Assembly (NCBI GenBank): GCA_043228905.1
Contig: JBHGNT010000065.1
Coordinates: 62,001 to 126,000 of the forward strand
Source of the DNA: Azolla caroliniana
Lineage: Eukaryota; Plantae; Polypodiophyta
Reading direction: 5' to 3'
DNA: 64,000 nt
Part shown: positions 9,926 to 23,709 of the stretch, piece after piece
How positions within the stretch are numbered: the stretch's first letter is position 1
Layout: each line of letters starts with the position of its first letter
The notes under the pieces: model-generated
Told to the model about the DNA's origin: nothing
What the model saw: only the letters and a program-made list of their open reading frames with translations
The model's database searches: none
Made by a program: the position numbers and the translations under genes

Positions 9926-10653
9926 GGAAAGTGCAAATACAGCTGGTACTTAGCCTTCGATCGCTACCAACCTCACAAGGATGTCATCAATTCGCAGGTG
10001 GTTATTAAGTAAAAAGTGTAATATAAATGGCTACCAAACCAAAGTTCTTCTTTTGAACTTTCAAGAAGGCCTGAATATTCATGGATTATTATACGATAAT
10101 CTTTAATGCGGCTCAGATTGCGGAAAGAATTGAATGCTGGAATTTCGAAATTCCGTTGGTAAAATTCAGAAGGATCATGCAAGAAGGCAATATCATCTTC
10201 TGGCCATAATCTGCGAATCCAGCAAAGCAAAGCAAAGCAGCACTTTTCTTTTCACTTTAAACCGAGCCGGCGGCAATCTTGATGAATCACTGGCAAGAAG
10301 ATGCTTTGCACTTTTCTTTCCACTTTAAAGCAGCAATCTTTGAACTCGGAAATGGCACTTTTCCCTGCAAGCCTGAAACGCACGCCTTCCCCAAAAGAAA
10401 AGCGGAACCACCTAACGAGTATTTTAAACAGCAAGCATGATGAACCGGCATGTTCATCAAACCAAACAGGTTCTTCATGCATGCATGAAGGCCTTCATGA
10501 TGATGAAAACCGCTTCATTGGAATGTCACCGTCTCATTGACAACACGAATGATAACGAATTGACAATATGAATAGTCACGTTAGTTTCCCATTCTTAAGC
10601 ATGGATTATTATACAATAATCTTCATTTGCTTTTTTACTGTTGACAACATGTA

Positions 10654-10727
10654 GTGCGGGGGCAGGGTTTGAACCCGCAGTCTTCAGGTCATGAGCCTGA
10701 CGAGTTGGCCATTTACTCCACCCCGCA
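10654..10727 (-). tRNA. trnfM: Initiator tRNA-fMet(CAU), copy 1
   Basis: Reverse complement GCGGGGTGGAGTAAATGGCCAACTCGTCAGGCTCATGACCTGAAGACTGCGGGTTCAAACCCTGCCCCCGC, plant mt trnfM type. Confidence 0.92.
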
Positions 10728-11099
10728 AGCAAGCAAGCAATTGATCTCTCTCTAGCGAATCGGAATTTATTTTAGAAAAAAAGAAGCCAGAAAATAGATT
10801 GCCATAGCCATGGGTTCAAACCTTTCCCCGAAGCTGCCGGCCGAAATCAACCGTTGCCAGTCGTTGTGTCCAACGAAGCTACGCGTAATGACTGTCCCTA
10901 CCAAAAGACAAACAAACAAAGCATTTCTATAGGAGGTAACTGGGCCAATTCCCGCAAACCACCTATAGGTTAGGTGGCGGTGATCTATCGGCTTGTTCAA
11001 TTCCCGCCGTTATCCGCTCACCCGCCTAACGCTCCTACAAACAAAAGGGAGGGTCTCCTTAGTAATTACGTGAGGGGGCCTCCTTCCCCATCTCTTGAA

Positions 11100-12286
<1,187 letters not shown>

Positions 12287-12658
12287 ATAGAGTCAAGCTT
12301 CTGCCGAGGAGAAGTGATCGTAGTTGTGCTCTCCGAACCGTGCGGAATAGTCGCCCATTACACGGCTCTCTAACTTGACTTTATCTGGGTCTTGTTTAAC
12401 CCCAGAGGCCGAAAGGAGGGTGGAAACTTCCTCACAAGTTCCCTCCTCCTTTCCTCCTTGGGGACCCACTTTGTGATTTCCTGAAGTCCACTCTCTCCTG
12501 GAGTTTGCAGAGAGGAAAATGGCTTTTCAGTTAAGTCAGGTAAAACTTGCTTGCCTTTTCGCCGAAAAAGCAATAGAAAAAAGTTATGAATACAAGAAAG
12601 AAGAAACCGCAACCGCAGCCCTGGATGATTCTTCCTGAAGTAAGTTCTAAAGAATGCC
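12287..12658 (-). other. 3' part of group II intron atp1i361 (domains V/VI), copy 1; upstream limit unknown
   Basis: Domain V GAGCCGTGTAATGGGCGACTATTCCGCACGGTTC and terminal ...ACTCTAT before the exon. Confidence 0.82.
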
Positions 12659-13825
12659 CTAACCAGATTGATTTATCCATTTCACGTAATTCGGTCGGTT
12701 ACGTGTTTTTCATAGCACCTTTCATGTCGTGCCACATAAAGATGGATTACCTAAAATCAGTTGAATTCCTAAATCATGAAAACAACTTTCACACGACGGC
12801 ATCAAACGGGGCAAATCATCCATCTAGGAAGAACAGGATGTGGTTCCCAAAGAATGCTTTGACACCAGTGTTTCCTTCCTGTACTCCAGTGTTTTCGGAG
12901 CATCCTAATGGTTACACAAAATGGTCAAAACCTTAAAGACTTTGGGATTATTAGAAACGAATACTTCCCACACGTGTTCTCTAGGAGAGATTAGTCTCCC
13001 GCGAGTGCCTAAAGAATAGACAATCGACACTTTCTTTTTCAACGAAGGGAGTCCTTCACATTCCCATAGCCCTTTCTCTCTAGCTTTCTCTTGCTATACC
13101 GTCGCCGTTGCTGTTCTCAACCCTTTCATAATGTTACGCGGGCAGGAGAGCACTGAGGTAAAGTAACGGACGAGGGGGCACTATGATGGGTGGAAGGGGC
13201 GGGCCGGTGATTTTCAAGAGCGGATACCTATCCCTAAACAAGGCACAAACCTTATCGACATACAGGTTCCTACTTGCTTGAAGGCCTATTAGCACAACTT
13301 TGTTGAAGATCGCCCAAAGTAGTACCTTCCTATAAATGTCAACGTCCAGTGTTCGCTCAACAATGTTATCCCTAGAATCCTCGAAAATTCATTGTCAGAA
13401 GCCCGGAAGACCCCTTGTAAGAACAGGAACCTGCCTTAGGCAAGCTACCACTTCACTTGGCCGGCAAGCTACCTGAATCTGCCGGTTCTTCGTAATGAGG
13501 AGAGGCCGGATCTCGATTCGTGCACTTTCCTATTGCCAGGTGGCTTCCTGGCCCTACCACTTTTGTTTTCAAAGGTGCTAGTTTTTTGTTTGTTTTGTTT
13601 TTTTGGCTGGCGCTTCAGTCATGAAATGAGTAACGAATAATAATAATATTCCGGCTGCGCGCTGTACTTTTCACTAACGCTTTTCGATGAAGCGGTTCAT
13701 CGTGGCATGACTCGCCGCTTTCATTAACAGAATGGCTTTCTGCTGCTGCATAGGAGCGCGAAAGCAGCACCCATGTTGGCTGGGCTGGGCTGGGCTGGGC
13801 TGGGCTGGCGAAGTCTCAACACCCG

Positions 13826-13860
<35 letters not shown>

Positions 13861-14512
13861 CCTCTATGAGCTGCAAGTACCTACCCGCATAATTTCCTTT
13901 AAGAGACCCTATTACATGACTAGGTCATTCCTTAACAGTGTGTGGAAGGTTAGAGAACCATCCACGAGGACCAGCCCGAAAAGAAAAGCTGCCTCCTGAA
14001 CAAGTCACCTATAGCGTTGACGTGGACAAGCCCGGGATGCGCCCTCAGAGGCTGACCTGCGGCCGGCGGAAGAAGCGGAAAACCGCTCTTCTTTTCTTTG
14101 GCACTCTGGATCCACCTGCTAAACAAGCGGTGCTCCAGAAACCAGCAAATCGCCTACCAAAGATAGACAGGGAAAGCGTGTTCTGAAAGCAGCAGGCAGC
14201 ACCGATAGCTCAATCGGATAGAGTACCTGGCTTCGAACCAGGTGGTTAGAGGTTCAAGTCCCCTTCGGTGCACACAAACCTTCCTTGAATGTTTCATAGA
14301 ACGGTGTTGTTCTCCGGGAATTCTCGGTCGGCATGTTGGAGTGTCGGAGCCAAACCTTAATCTCATTTAAGTGGTATGGCGCTGCTAGATGACATTTGGT
14401 TCATTATCTTCTTCATACATAGAGGTAGGCAATTTCAGGCGCTACAACCCTACCTTAACCGGGCCACTTCACGTTTGGTTATTATTAACGTGAGAAATCG
14501 ATAGGACCAAGT
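12521..14512. repeat. Inverted repeat A, copy 2
   Basis: Reverse complement of 1-1992. Confidence 0.95.
14199..14272 (+). tRNA. trnR: tRNA-Arg(UCG), copy 2
   Basis: Repeat copy of 241-314. Confidence 0.93.
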
Positions 14513-14920
14513 AAATTAGCGTACCATTGGTTTGCTGCTTTCTTTGAGGTCCTTTCCAATTCGTTTCTGCAAACTCCTTTCTTTTCACCTAGTGAGAGGA
14601 AAGTGCCTTAAGAAGGCATTTCAAGACGAAAGTAGGTTGGTTGTGAGCAGCTGACTATATGCGCCCCTCGCACACTGTCTTAGCATAAACTGCGGGACGG
14701 GATTCATCAAATAAATAGGGGCGGCGGCCCGGCCCGGCCCGGCCCGGCCCGGCCGGATGAAGCCGGCCAAAAGGCAGGCACAAGCCAAAGAACGACGATA
14801 TCGGCCTTCATGCTTGCTTGCTTGCTTGCTTGCTTGCTGCCGTTGTATATCACCGCATGAAGGCCTAGAAATCCACATGAAGCAAGCACGATGAACCGCT
14901 TCTTCCGCATGAACCGCCTT

Positions 14921-14952
<32 letters not shown>

Positions 14953-15026
14953 ATGAAGCCGCACGGTTCAACGCCAAGGAATAAAGGCAAAGTAACCGGC
15001 CGGCTCGTAAGTAATTATTTAATTTC

Positions 15027-15099
15027 AGGAGAATAGTTCCAATGGTAGAACAATGGTCTCCAAAACCAAAGGTTAAGGGTTCGAATCCCTTTTCTCCTG
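15027..15099 (+). tRNA. trnW: tRNA-Trp(CCA)
   Basis: AGGAGAATAGTTCCAATGGTAGAACAATGGTCTCCAAAACCAAAGGTTAAGGGTTCGAATCCCTTTTCTCCTG. Confidence 0.93.
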
Positions 15100-15853
15100 A
15101 TTACCTGGCTTGGTACGAAGAGGTTGCGGGTCTCTTTACCTTGTTTTATCACCGGAATAGTCGAGACGACCTAGAATAGGCCTCTCTCCAAGTCCATACA
15201 TGTCTATTGCCAGGGTTCTTCCTCATCCATAATACTCTGCTTTCCAGATCTCGAGGATGTTGGAGTAGAACAGGCGGCATATAATTCAAAAGAACCATCG
15301 GTATCAGTACCGATGCCGTACATGGTACTATTATGTATGTATGTATGTTAGGATACGCATCAGAGTAAAATGACGTAGCTTCGCCACTATCTAGTTGGAT
15401 TTCCATTGAAACATTACCAAATTAGATTTTCCGCACCTATTTCTTTCAGAACAGCTAGCCAAGTCAGACCTTGGGCCTATCTCTATAGGTTGGTTTTTCA
15501 GATCCCATCACTCCAGGCTCAGTCGATCTTGGATCTTGCTCAATAGATCATATCTTTGGTATCTCACTGCCTGCGGTTCATCGCTGAAGGCGTTTGTTTA
15601 ACTGTCTGTGCGGGGTCCATCGCTTCGCCTAGTCCTTGCACATGGTAGCACTTGGTTGCACTCATTCCTTCTTCGCATGGCTTAATGCATGCAAGAAGTA
15701 TCCGTTCCGTAAAGGCAACGTTTCTCCAAGAAAGAAGAGCGAGGCATGCGGCGTTGCCGATGAAAGGCGGCGATGCCTTCCAAGCCGAGTGAGAAGAATG
15801 ACTCAGACAAGAAGGCTATGAATGAGCAATGCTTTGAATGCCGCCTTAGGATC

Positions 15854-15925
15854 CTGGAGTAAAAGGATTCGAACCTTTGCGTGTCGGTATCAAAAACCGA
15901 TGCCTTACCGCTTGGCTATACTCCA
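15854..15925 (-). tRNA. trnQ: tRNA-Gln(UUG)
   Basis: Reverse complement TGGAGTATAGCCAAGCGGTAAGGCATCGGTTTTTGATACCGACACGCAAAGGTTCGAATCCTTTTACTCCAG. Confidence 0.95.
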
Positions 15926-16028
15926 TACAGTGGTAACCAAGGAAGAGAAGCAAAGCTCAGAGAACGGAATTTGCTTGCTGGGCGCAGCAAAGTAGTGAAA
16001 GACTGGCGAGTTAGGTATGGCAAGTAAA

Positions 16029-16102
16029 TAGGCTTAGTAGGGCTCGAACCTACAATATTACCGTTATGAGCGGTACGTTTCAACCAATTAAACTATAAGC
16101 CC
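16029..16102 (-). tRNA. trnI: tRNA-Ile(CAU), lysidine type
   Basis: Reverse complement GGGCTTATAGTTTAATTGGTTGAAACGTACCGCTCATAACGGTAATATTGTAGGTTCGAGCCCTACTAAGCCTA, native plant mt trnI(CAU). Confidence 0.9.
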
Positions 16103-17834
16103 ACTGCTGGCTGGCTGGCTGGCTGTTAGCCCTCTCAAGTAATGGAGTCGATGGATCTGTTGAGGGCAAAGCAGCCATATTTTTCTCCTTGAAAGATTAA
16201 GGACATAAACTTTTCAAATAGCTACACCTGGTTCTGGACCGATTGATGTGGATACAGAAGAGCAGGATGTGCTACCCATCATGGATAGCATAGTTCGAGC
16301 AACACTGAACTGAAAGGTATGACTGAAGTGTAATCGTTTTGTTGGCAGGCAAATAGACGACATATTCCTAGGGGGTTTTTTACCGATGCAGCACGCACGA
16401 AAAAATCGACTCGACTTTTCTTCGATGATTTAGACAGAGATTTCACCACCTACCACGAGTGGAATGGCAAGGTTCTGCCAGGACACCCAGCGGCAAGACA
16501 ACCGTGAAAGGAAAGGCAGGGCCAAAGGATTATCATCCATCTCAGCCAGCGCGGAAAGAAAAGAAAAGAAGAGCTCTGCTTGCTCTTTTTGACAATAATT
16601 TCGCTACTCCAGTCATGGGCAGCATTATTACATGCATAGGGCGGACCCGAGCTCTTTTCGCTGCAGTTTTCCCTACGGCTTTCCTCCCCTCCTTTGGAAG
16701 TGTCAGCTAACTCCTGGAATCCCCCTTTCCCTCCTTCTAAGAAAACCATGCTCGGTTAGATCAGTGTGGACTGATGTTTCGTTCCACTGCTGCTGGAAAA
16801 GCCGCCAAATTCGTCACTGACTGGAGAGCGGGAACGACTCACTATCTCGTCTTATTCTCAGAGGCGAGAATGCTCTCAAATGGCTAACGGTGCTTTCAAC
16901 TAAAGTTCCATTTCTTAACACAGCGAGGCTTATACTGTTTATTCGTACGACAATGCGCGACGCTCCACTATCCCATTGAAAAAGGATTCCGCAATCATTT
17001 ACGTACTTAAACGCAGACTGAGTAATAGTAATTCATGCCATTCCTCGGGCTCAGACCACAGAGCTTCCTAGGAACTGGGAAAATGCTATAAATCTGTTTA
17101 AATAGCTTCGCTTTTTGCCCTAAAAGTCGCTCTGAAAATGTCACTTAGAGTGTTTTGACTAAGGGAAACAAAACCCACTAGACGAACAGCTACTAATATT
17201 TCCTCATTATATATTATTATTCATTCCAAACTCAAAACGCTAGAAATTGAAATAGCAAATAAAATCAATTCGCGCGTAAATCGTACTTATATTCTGTTGC
17301 TCTTCCTTGTCTGTTCTCGATATTCATGGCAGTTTCTTGGCCTTCATGCAGGCAAGCAAAAGGGCGGGCGCCACCAGCATGCATTTCTGGACTCGTGCCC
17401 GAAGAAAAGAAGCGGGCGGTAAGAAGCGGTTTTCATCATCCGGCGGGAGTGAAAAGAAAAGTTAGGTCGGGAGGTAGTGCACGCTCGCTGGTCCTGATAT
17501 CAAAATTCTCGCCTTCGTGCCGTGTGTGTCTGGTTTCAATGAATTCCGCATGAAGGGGTGCGTGCGCGCAGGCAACAAGCCTGCCCTGGCAATTCCGGCC
17601 ATAATCTGCGTGCGGTTTTCATCATCATGAAGGCCTTCATGATGAAAAAGGGGTTGGCGGGTTTGATGAACCGGTTGGTTTTCATCCGGATGAACCGGTT
17701 GGTTTTCATCCGGATGAACCGGCGGGTTAGCTTGCCCGTGAGGGCAGGCAGCTCTTTGTCCGCACGTATGTCGCCCGGGGAACCGGGCGGGGGATCTGCT
17801 GGATTTCTATCTAATGTGCCAATCTGTATACGAA

Positions 17835-17907
17835 TGGAGACGATCGGACTTGAACCGATAACTTCATACTTGCAAAACATGCGTTCTACCGATTGAACTA
17901 CGCCCCC
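17835..17907 (-). tRNA. trnA: tRNA-Ala(UGC)
   Basis: Reverse complement GGGGGCGTAGTTCAATCGGTAGAACGCATGTTTTGCAAGTATGAAGTTATCGGTTCAAGTCCGATCGTCTCCA. Confidence 0.92.
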
Positions 17908-17947
17908 ATCCTCGTTCCATATGCAACACGTATCATATGGGCAAACA

Positions 17948-17992
<45 letters not shown>

Positions 17993-20900
17993 GCGGGAGG
18001 AGCTATTGTTTATACGTGCGTGCGTGCGTGCGTGCGTGCGTGCCCCCCTTTCTTCTTTTTACAGAGTTTAGGCTTTATCTAAGACATCCCGTCCTGTCGA
18101 AACTATGTCATACATAAAGGTGTGTCGTTGGCAGGTTCACTTTTGGTTTACCACTTCGATCGTATCGGCGCTAGAGAGAAGTCGCTTTCTCGAGAGCCGG
18201 CTACCTCATCATCTTGAAACTTCATTCCGCTCCTCTGGCCGCCTTACCCTGTTCTCTGCAAGAACCCCAAGGAGACGGGTTGTTGATTGCGCTTGCTTGA
18301 TTGGCACCTCTAGTACGACACATCTTTCAGAATACGAGCGAATGCTCGGATCAGTAGATTCGAGCTCCTTATTCAGGAGTTGAGAAGTACGCAGGGCGGG
18401 CCTGCCGCTCGGCTATGACCTCGTTTCTTGAGCTAGAGGGGAATTTCACGAAATGGGTTGGCAAGAGCAGCAGACAGCAACTCGTATCACTCTCGTAATT
18501 CAGAGAAGAGAAAATGGGATTCGAACCCTCAACTTTTGCTCTTAGAGATCATTATTCCGGGAACCACTCTCCCAAACTAAATAGTTATTTCCCTACGTAG
18601 GAAAGTTCCAATGCGGGGTCTGGATCCAGTCGAGGCGCCGAGAGCCGCAGGCGTACCGCGTATTCTATTTACCAGTTTCTCCGGAAGGTCATGTCTGGGA
18701 ACTTTGACTTGATAGTGTAGTGTGACGAGGCGAGAATTCTCGCTTTCCAAGAGAGAGTTGGTCAAACCCAACCCTAATTGCTCGGATAGCAACCAATGCA
18801 CATTGCTGAGTGATAAGGTGGTTTTCCATGCTTGCTGCGAAGAGGCTTGCTTTCCTGAAAAAGCCGCTGTATACAGTGATTCTCAGACCACGCAGTATCA
18901 AAAGCTCTATCAGATATGTATAAGAAGACCCTGTTTGAGTCATTGGGTCATCCGCTGGTTCATCCTGAGTTCCTGTTCAAGAACCTTATAGCGGAGCTAT
19001 ATTCTCACTGTACGACAATAGAACCCTAGCGCTACTAAAGACCATCAAGGTGGTAGATGACATTAAGATGCAGTATAGTATTATGCGGGTACATCGAAAC
19101 AGCAGCAGAGCCAAGGGAGTATCTTGAAAAGCAGCTGGGCTTCAAGGCCCCTAAAGAAGAGATATATAACGCGTATCATTGGGTGCCGCAAGAAAAGAAA
19201 AGAAAAGAAAAGAAGGGGATCCTATTCCTTCCTGTTGAGCACTCCTTTTTCTTGAAGAAGTGGAAAGAGAGGTTGTCCCCCCATTGTAGGAGCGAAGAAA
19301 GCTAGTAATTTTCACGCACGAAGGAAAGTCCTAGTAGATCACTACAATGTCGTAGTGACATCTTTGTGTGGGTTTGTAATCGATAAAGTGTACGGTAATT
19401 TCGATTACTTTAAACAAGCCATAAATCTTAAGATGAAACAGTGCTGCTTTCAAATTACATGTAGCGACGACAGAGCCGCTGGAGAGGAGAGGAGAGGAGA
19501 GGAGAGGAGAGGAGAAAACTATGCGTTGACATAAATTAGAAATCACTATTAAAATATTTTCGTGGTCTTATCTACCACTTAGGGATCCTTCAGGCCGGCC
19601 GGAGTTCACTATACTCCGGTCACCTATTATTTTCTTTCGAGAACCAGTCCAAGCAACCTAGATATGTTTGCTATTAATTGCTGTAGTTTATTTGATCTTC
19701 AATTTTGTTGGTTGTTGGGCATAAGTACAATACCCACGCCGAAAGTTCACGCTAACTTGCGTCCTGGACATATCGTCACGTGCTGAGATATTAAAAGAAG
19801 AGTCGGATATTGAATCATTCGGCCCTTTCTTGTGCAATCTGTCGTCTTGGCAGGATGGAGGCCTTGGACCTAGTATTTGAAAGTTTAAGGCTGTTTATTC
19901 TGTCTTTTCAGACATCATTAGGGCACTGGAAAGGGTAGTACTTGATATACGCCAGATACCGATGGTTACTGGTTCCAGTCCTCGGCTGTTCCAGACTTCG
20001 GGGCCTAATGCCTAAGGAGGACTTGGTTCACTAGCTTTTCTTCAGGAAAATCTGGTTAGCTCGTCGAAAGACGCTAGGGGGCTCATGTCGCTACTTTTTG
20101 AACCTAGAAGCTGGTGGCCAGGTAGTTGCGAGCTGTTACGGCCGTCGGAATCTTTTTCTGACTTTTTGATTCGTAACGCCTTAAATCTCTAAATTTAGTT
20201 TAAGGAAGAAGAAGAAGAAGAAGAAGAAGAGGTTGGGCAGAAAGCAGCTTGAGCCTGTTGGTTTTTAGCTATTCGGCGTACAAATAGGCAGTGCGTGGAT
20301 AGAATTGTTGTCAAAGGACTTCAACAACAACAAGGTGCCTCGATCTCCGGAATGCCCTTATTTATTATAGGGCGTAAATAGAATAAATAGGTGGGAAACT
20401 CTCCCAGCAGCCCAGGCAAGGATCTCTCTCTCTTTTCCTAGTACCGTTATTTCCCTTCAGGTAAGGTATTCCAGAGGTATTCCGTTAGAAAGACAATCCA
20501 TTTTTTATGTGATGTGACACATGATTTTTCTCATTAATTATGAAACACTCGATTCCTCTGTTATTACTTCATTTCCCACGACTATCTGTCATATTTCCCT
20601 TGATTACAAACCTATTCTTTGCTTAGCATTTAAGAGAATGTGAGATACCACCTTTCAATACAATAATTGTACAGGTTAGAGTATAAGGACAAAAATCATT
20701 TACCAATGTAGGTAAAGTGACCGCCTCAAATCAAAAAGGTATGATGATGAAACTTACTAAAATTATTTACCAAAAAAGAAACCACCATGTAATGTAAGGT
20801 GCGATACGTAACGGCAGACGGCGTTGCAACGAACCAATAAGCTAAGCGTGGCAGATTTGTTTGCAATATAGAAAAGAACGGTTTGGTGACGAAACCAAAC

Positions 20901-21759
20901 CGTTTCTCTTTCCATGTCAATGAAGGTTTATTGCATCATTCAAATGAATACGAATCGGGATTATAGGGACATAAGCTTATAAAATAACTACACCTGATTC
21001 TAAACCAGTTGATGCAAATACGATCGAAAGAAGAGCGAGATGTGCTAATAGCAAGATACCCCTCATGGATAGCATGGTCCGAGCAAAGCCACTCGAAATC
21101 TTGACTGAACTATAACCAGCCATCATATTAGCAAATAAACATATTCCTAAGCTTAGTGCACGAAAACGATAGAGGATTAACTCCGAAAATACTGGGAAAG
21201 GCGCTAACGGTGGAGGTACACCCGGCAGTAATAAGAGACTGAAAGGATGAGGCCCATGTGTTTAAGACCCCACTACGATAGTTCCAAGAGAAAGAGAGAA
21301 TAGAGAACCCAAAATAATAATAGAATGACTTATTACCATAAAACTATAAAGTACCATACCTTACAAATTACGAAATAATGGAAAGGTAAAAGTAACGAGG
21401 ATCGGGAGAGAAGACTATTATTTCGAAACGCCACTAATTTATTCGTTCACTAGATTGGGCACGAAATCATAAGTCATCTCCACTAGGGATTACCAAGCAT
21501 TCAGTACTAAGTGTCCTCCATTCGAGGTCACCAAGTGAACTAGGAGCGGGATTAAACTGGTAGTGGGTGACATAGATGGAGAGGAATTGATAAATAAAAG
21601 ATACGGATTTCCTATATGGATGGAAATCGATAGAATAATGGCAGGTTATTCCGGTAGACTGTAAGCCGTGATGAATTGAAGGGTTTTGTTCCAACATGCA
21701 TGAAAGAGGGTTGTTCTTAACGTTTATCAATTTTTCGGACTAGCTCTGTTGAAGAGCTC

Positions 21760-21937
21760 GTATGAGAGTTGGCTCAACCTAGCCCCAACAATGGCAGAAT
21801 ATTTCCGAGATGTCAACGAGCAAGCTGTACCTTTATTCATTGACAACATCTTCCGCTTCGCCCAAAATCGCGGAATCAGAAGTCTCTGCTTTCTTTTTGG
21901 CAGGTAGAATGCCGATGAAAACCGCTTCTTCGGCCGT

Positions 21938-21970
<33 letters not shown>

Positions 21971-22170
21971 CGTGGGTTATCAACTGGTTCTTCCCGGCCG
22001 GCCAGGTCTCTATAGGAAAGAATTCCAGATCAATAACTTCCATTCAAGCGCACCTGCGGATGATCTGACTGACCTAGCCCCCGCTACAACCATTTGCACA
22101 CCTAGATGCTACTACTGCGCCGCTTTCGAGAAGATTAGCAGAAGAATATCTATGCGGCCCATTCATTCGT
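21760..22170 (+). pseudogene. atpB: Decayed plastid-type ATP synthase beta fragment
   Basis: [58 protein letters not shown] in shifting frames; (AAGC)n inserted. Confidence 0.85.
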
Positions 22171-22871
22171 CTTCATGAGGCGGTGAGGGCCAAAAAAAAA
22201 GCCAAGACAGCTTCGGAGCGAACTCTGTTACCAGAGCCGAGAACAGCTTTAGACAATTCCGTCAGGCACCACGAAGGGCTGGCTTGAGAAGTATCGCAAG
22301 ACTTGACTTTCTGCGCCCTACTCTCAATGAGTCAAACTCTCCGTATCCATTACTCTTTTACAATCGATTATTTGATAGATCTGGAATGTGATGAGATACA
22401 CTCTAATCATCTCATAGGACCGCCCCGATGAAAACCAGCAGACCTAATCACCTTACGATGGTTAGCGGAATTCTCTCTCGGTAAATTGGGTCAATGAGAC
22501 CATCGGCGTTCGTTTCAGAATCGGATAGTTACACGTCCCACATCCACTAGTCGCCGGGCCACCGAACATTGCTTCAACCATAAGGCAGCCAGAAAATTGG
22601 ACCTTTAGTTTAGTTAGGTTTTCATCGCTTTCCGCACGCCTGGTAGAAAGCGGGTCGACCTTCCCCCCATTTACTTTATTTCATAGAAGCAATAGCGGCA
22701 TGTATAGTGCTCGGTCTATCTAATTTGTATCGGAACGAAAGCAGCAGCAATGAACCGCTTCATCCGCGAGTCTTCCATCGACAAAGGACTGGCTCTGGCT
22801 CACGACGAATGCAAGCTGGAAAACACGGAACTCGGTACTTGGTTAGTGAAACCATGCATGAAAAATCAAGT

Positions 22872-22944
22872 TACCTACTACTGGATTCGAACCAATGACT
22901 TTCGCCGTATGAAAGCGATACTCTAACCCCTGAGTTAAGTAGGT
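22872..22944 (-). tRNA. trnM: tRNA-Met(CAU), plastid-derived type
   Basis: Reverse complement ACCTACTTAACTCAGGGGTTAGAGTATCGCTTTCATACGGCGAAAGTCATTGGTTCGAATCCAGTAGTAGGTA; convergent with atpB as in plastomes. Confidence 0.9.
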
Positions 22945-23451
22945 TGGGCAGTTTCATAGCAGCCAGCCCGTTTCATCGAGCCTCGGAAGTCAAGGCGGCC
23001 ATTCTATCTACAAGATTTTCTGTCAATTCCTGCAGACTGTTCAAGGAAACTCGTGGGGTGGGTTCCTGCTTTCCCTCAATGCCGAGCTGCTCTTTACGGC
23101 CCGGTAAGAATTCAATAAATTGAGTAGTTGCACCTGCTGGTATAATAAGATATCCGTCTGAACTCCTACATCAATACCATCCATGTCGGTCTGGGTCGCA
23201 ACATCAATAACATCATCCACACCTTGATCCTTACTACCTTTCTCAAGAGGTTGGTTGTCGGCAACGTCGTTGTCAGAGGCCTATCAAGTGACATTATTTC
23301 ATTGACTACTTTTTTCCGCCGCTAACGGCCAACGAAAGAAAGAACTGCCATAAATATCAAGAACAGACCTTGTGTTGGCAAAGAAAGCCAACGCAAGTCC
23401 CTCTAATGCTGCTTTGAAGGCATTTTCTTGAAACCTATCTTAGTTGACGAA

Positions 23452-23709
23452 ACGAAGCCGTATATCCTTCGTCTCCTAGCTAAAATCTTTGGAATCATCA
23501 TATTACTTTTACCAGGAGTAGTCTTTCCAGTGTCAGTCGAACGTAAAGTCATGGCTTCCATGTAACGTTGAAAGGGTCTTAATGTGGTGGGATCATCTGG
23601 GTTGTTATAACTCTTAGCGGATGGTTTGAAATCAATTTTAAAAGAACCTATTCCACCTCCAAGTGCTAATTTCTTTCTTTCTGTAATGGTTCTGGTAATT
23701 ACATCTACG
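23452..23709 (+). CDS. nad1: NADH dehydrogenase subunit 1, exon 1 (ACG start, edited)
   Basis: ERKVMASM*R*KG.NVVG..GLL*.LADGLK.ILKEPI; exactly 258 nt followed by GTGCG. Confidence 0.93.

Noticed and set aside
17668-17725. CRISPR-like repeats
   Set aside because: Adjacent tandem or palindromic units without unique spacers; no cas genes
18505-18575. tRNA-like fragment (GGGATTCGAACCCTC)
   Set aside because: Only a T-arm-like piece; no complete cloverleaf
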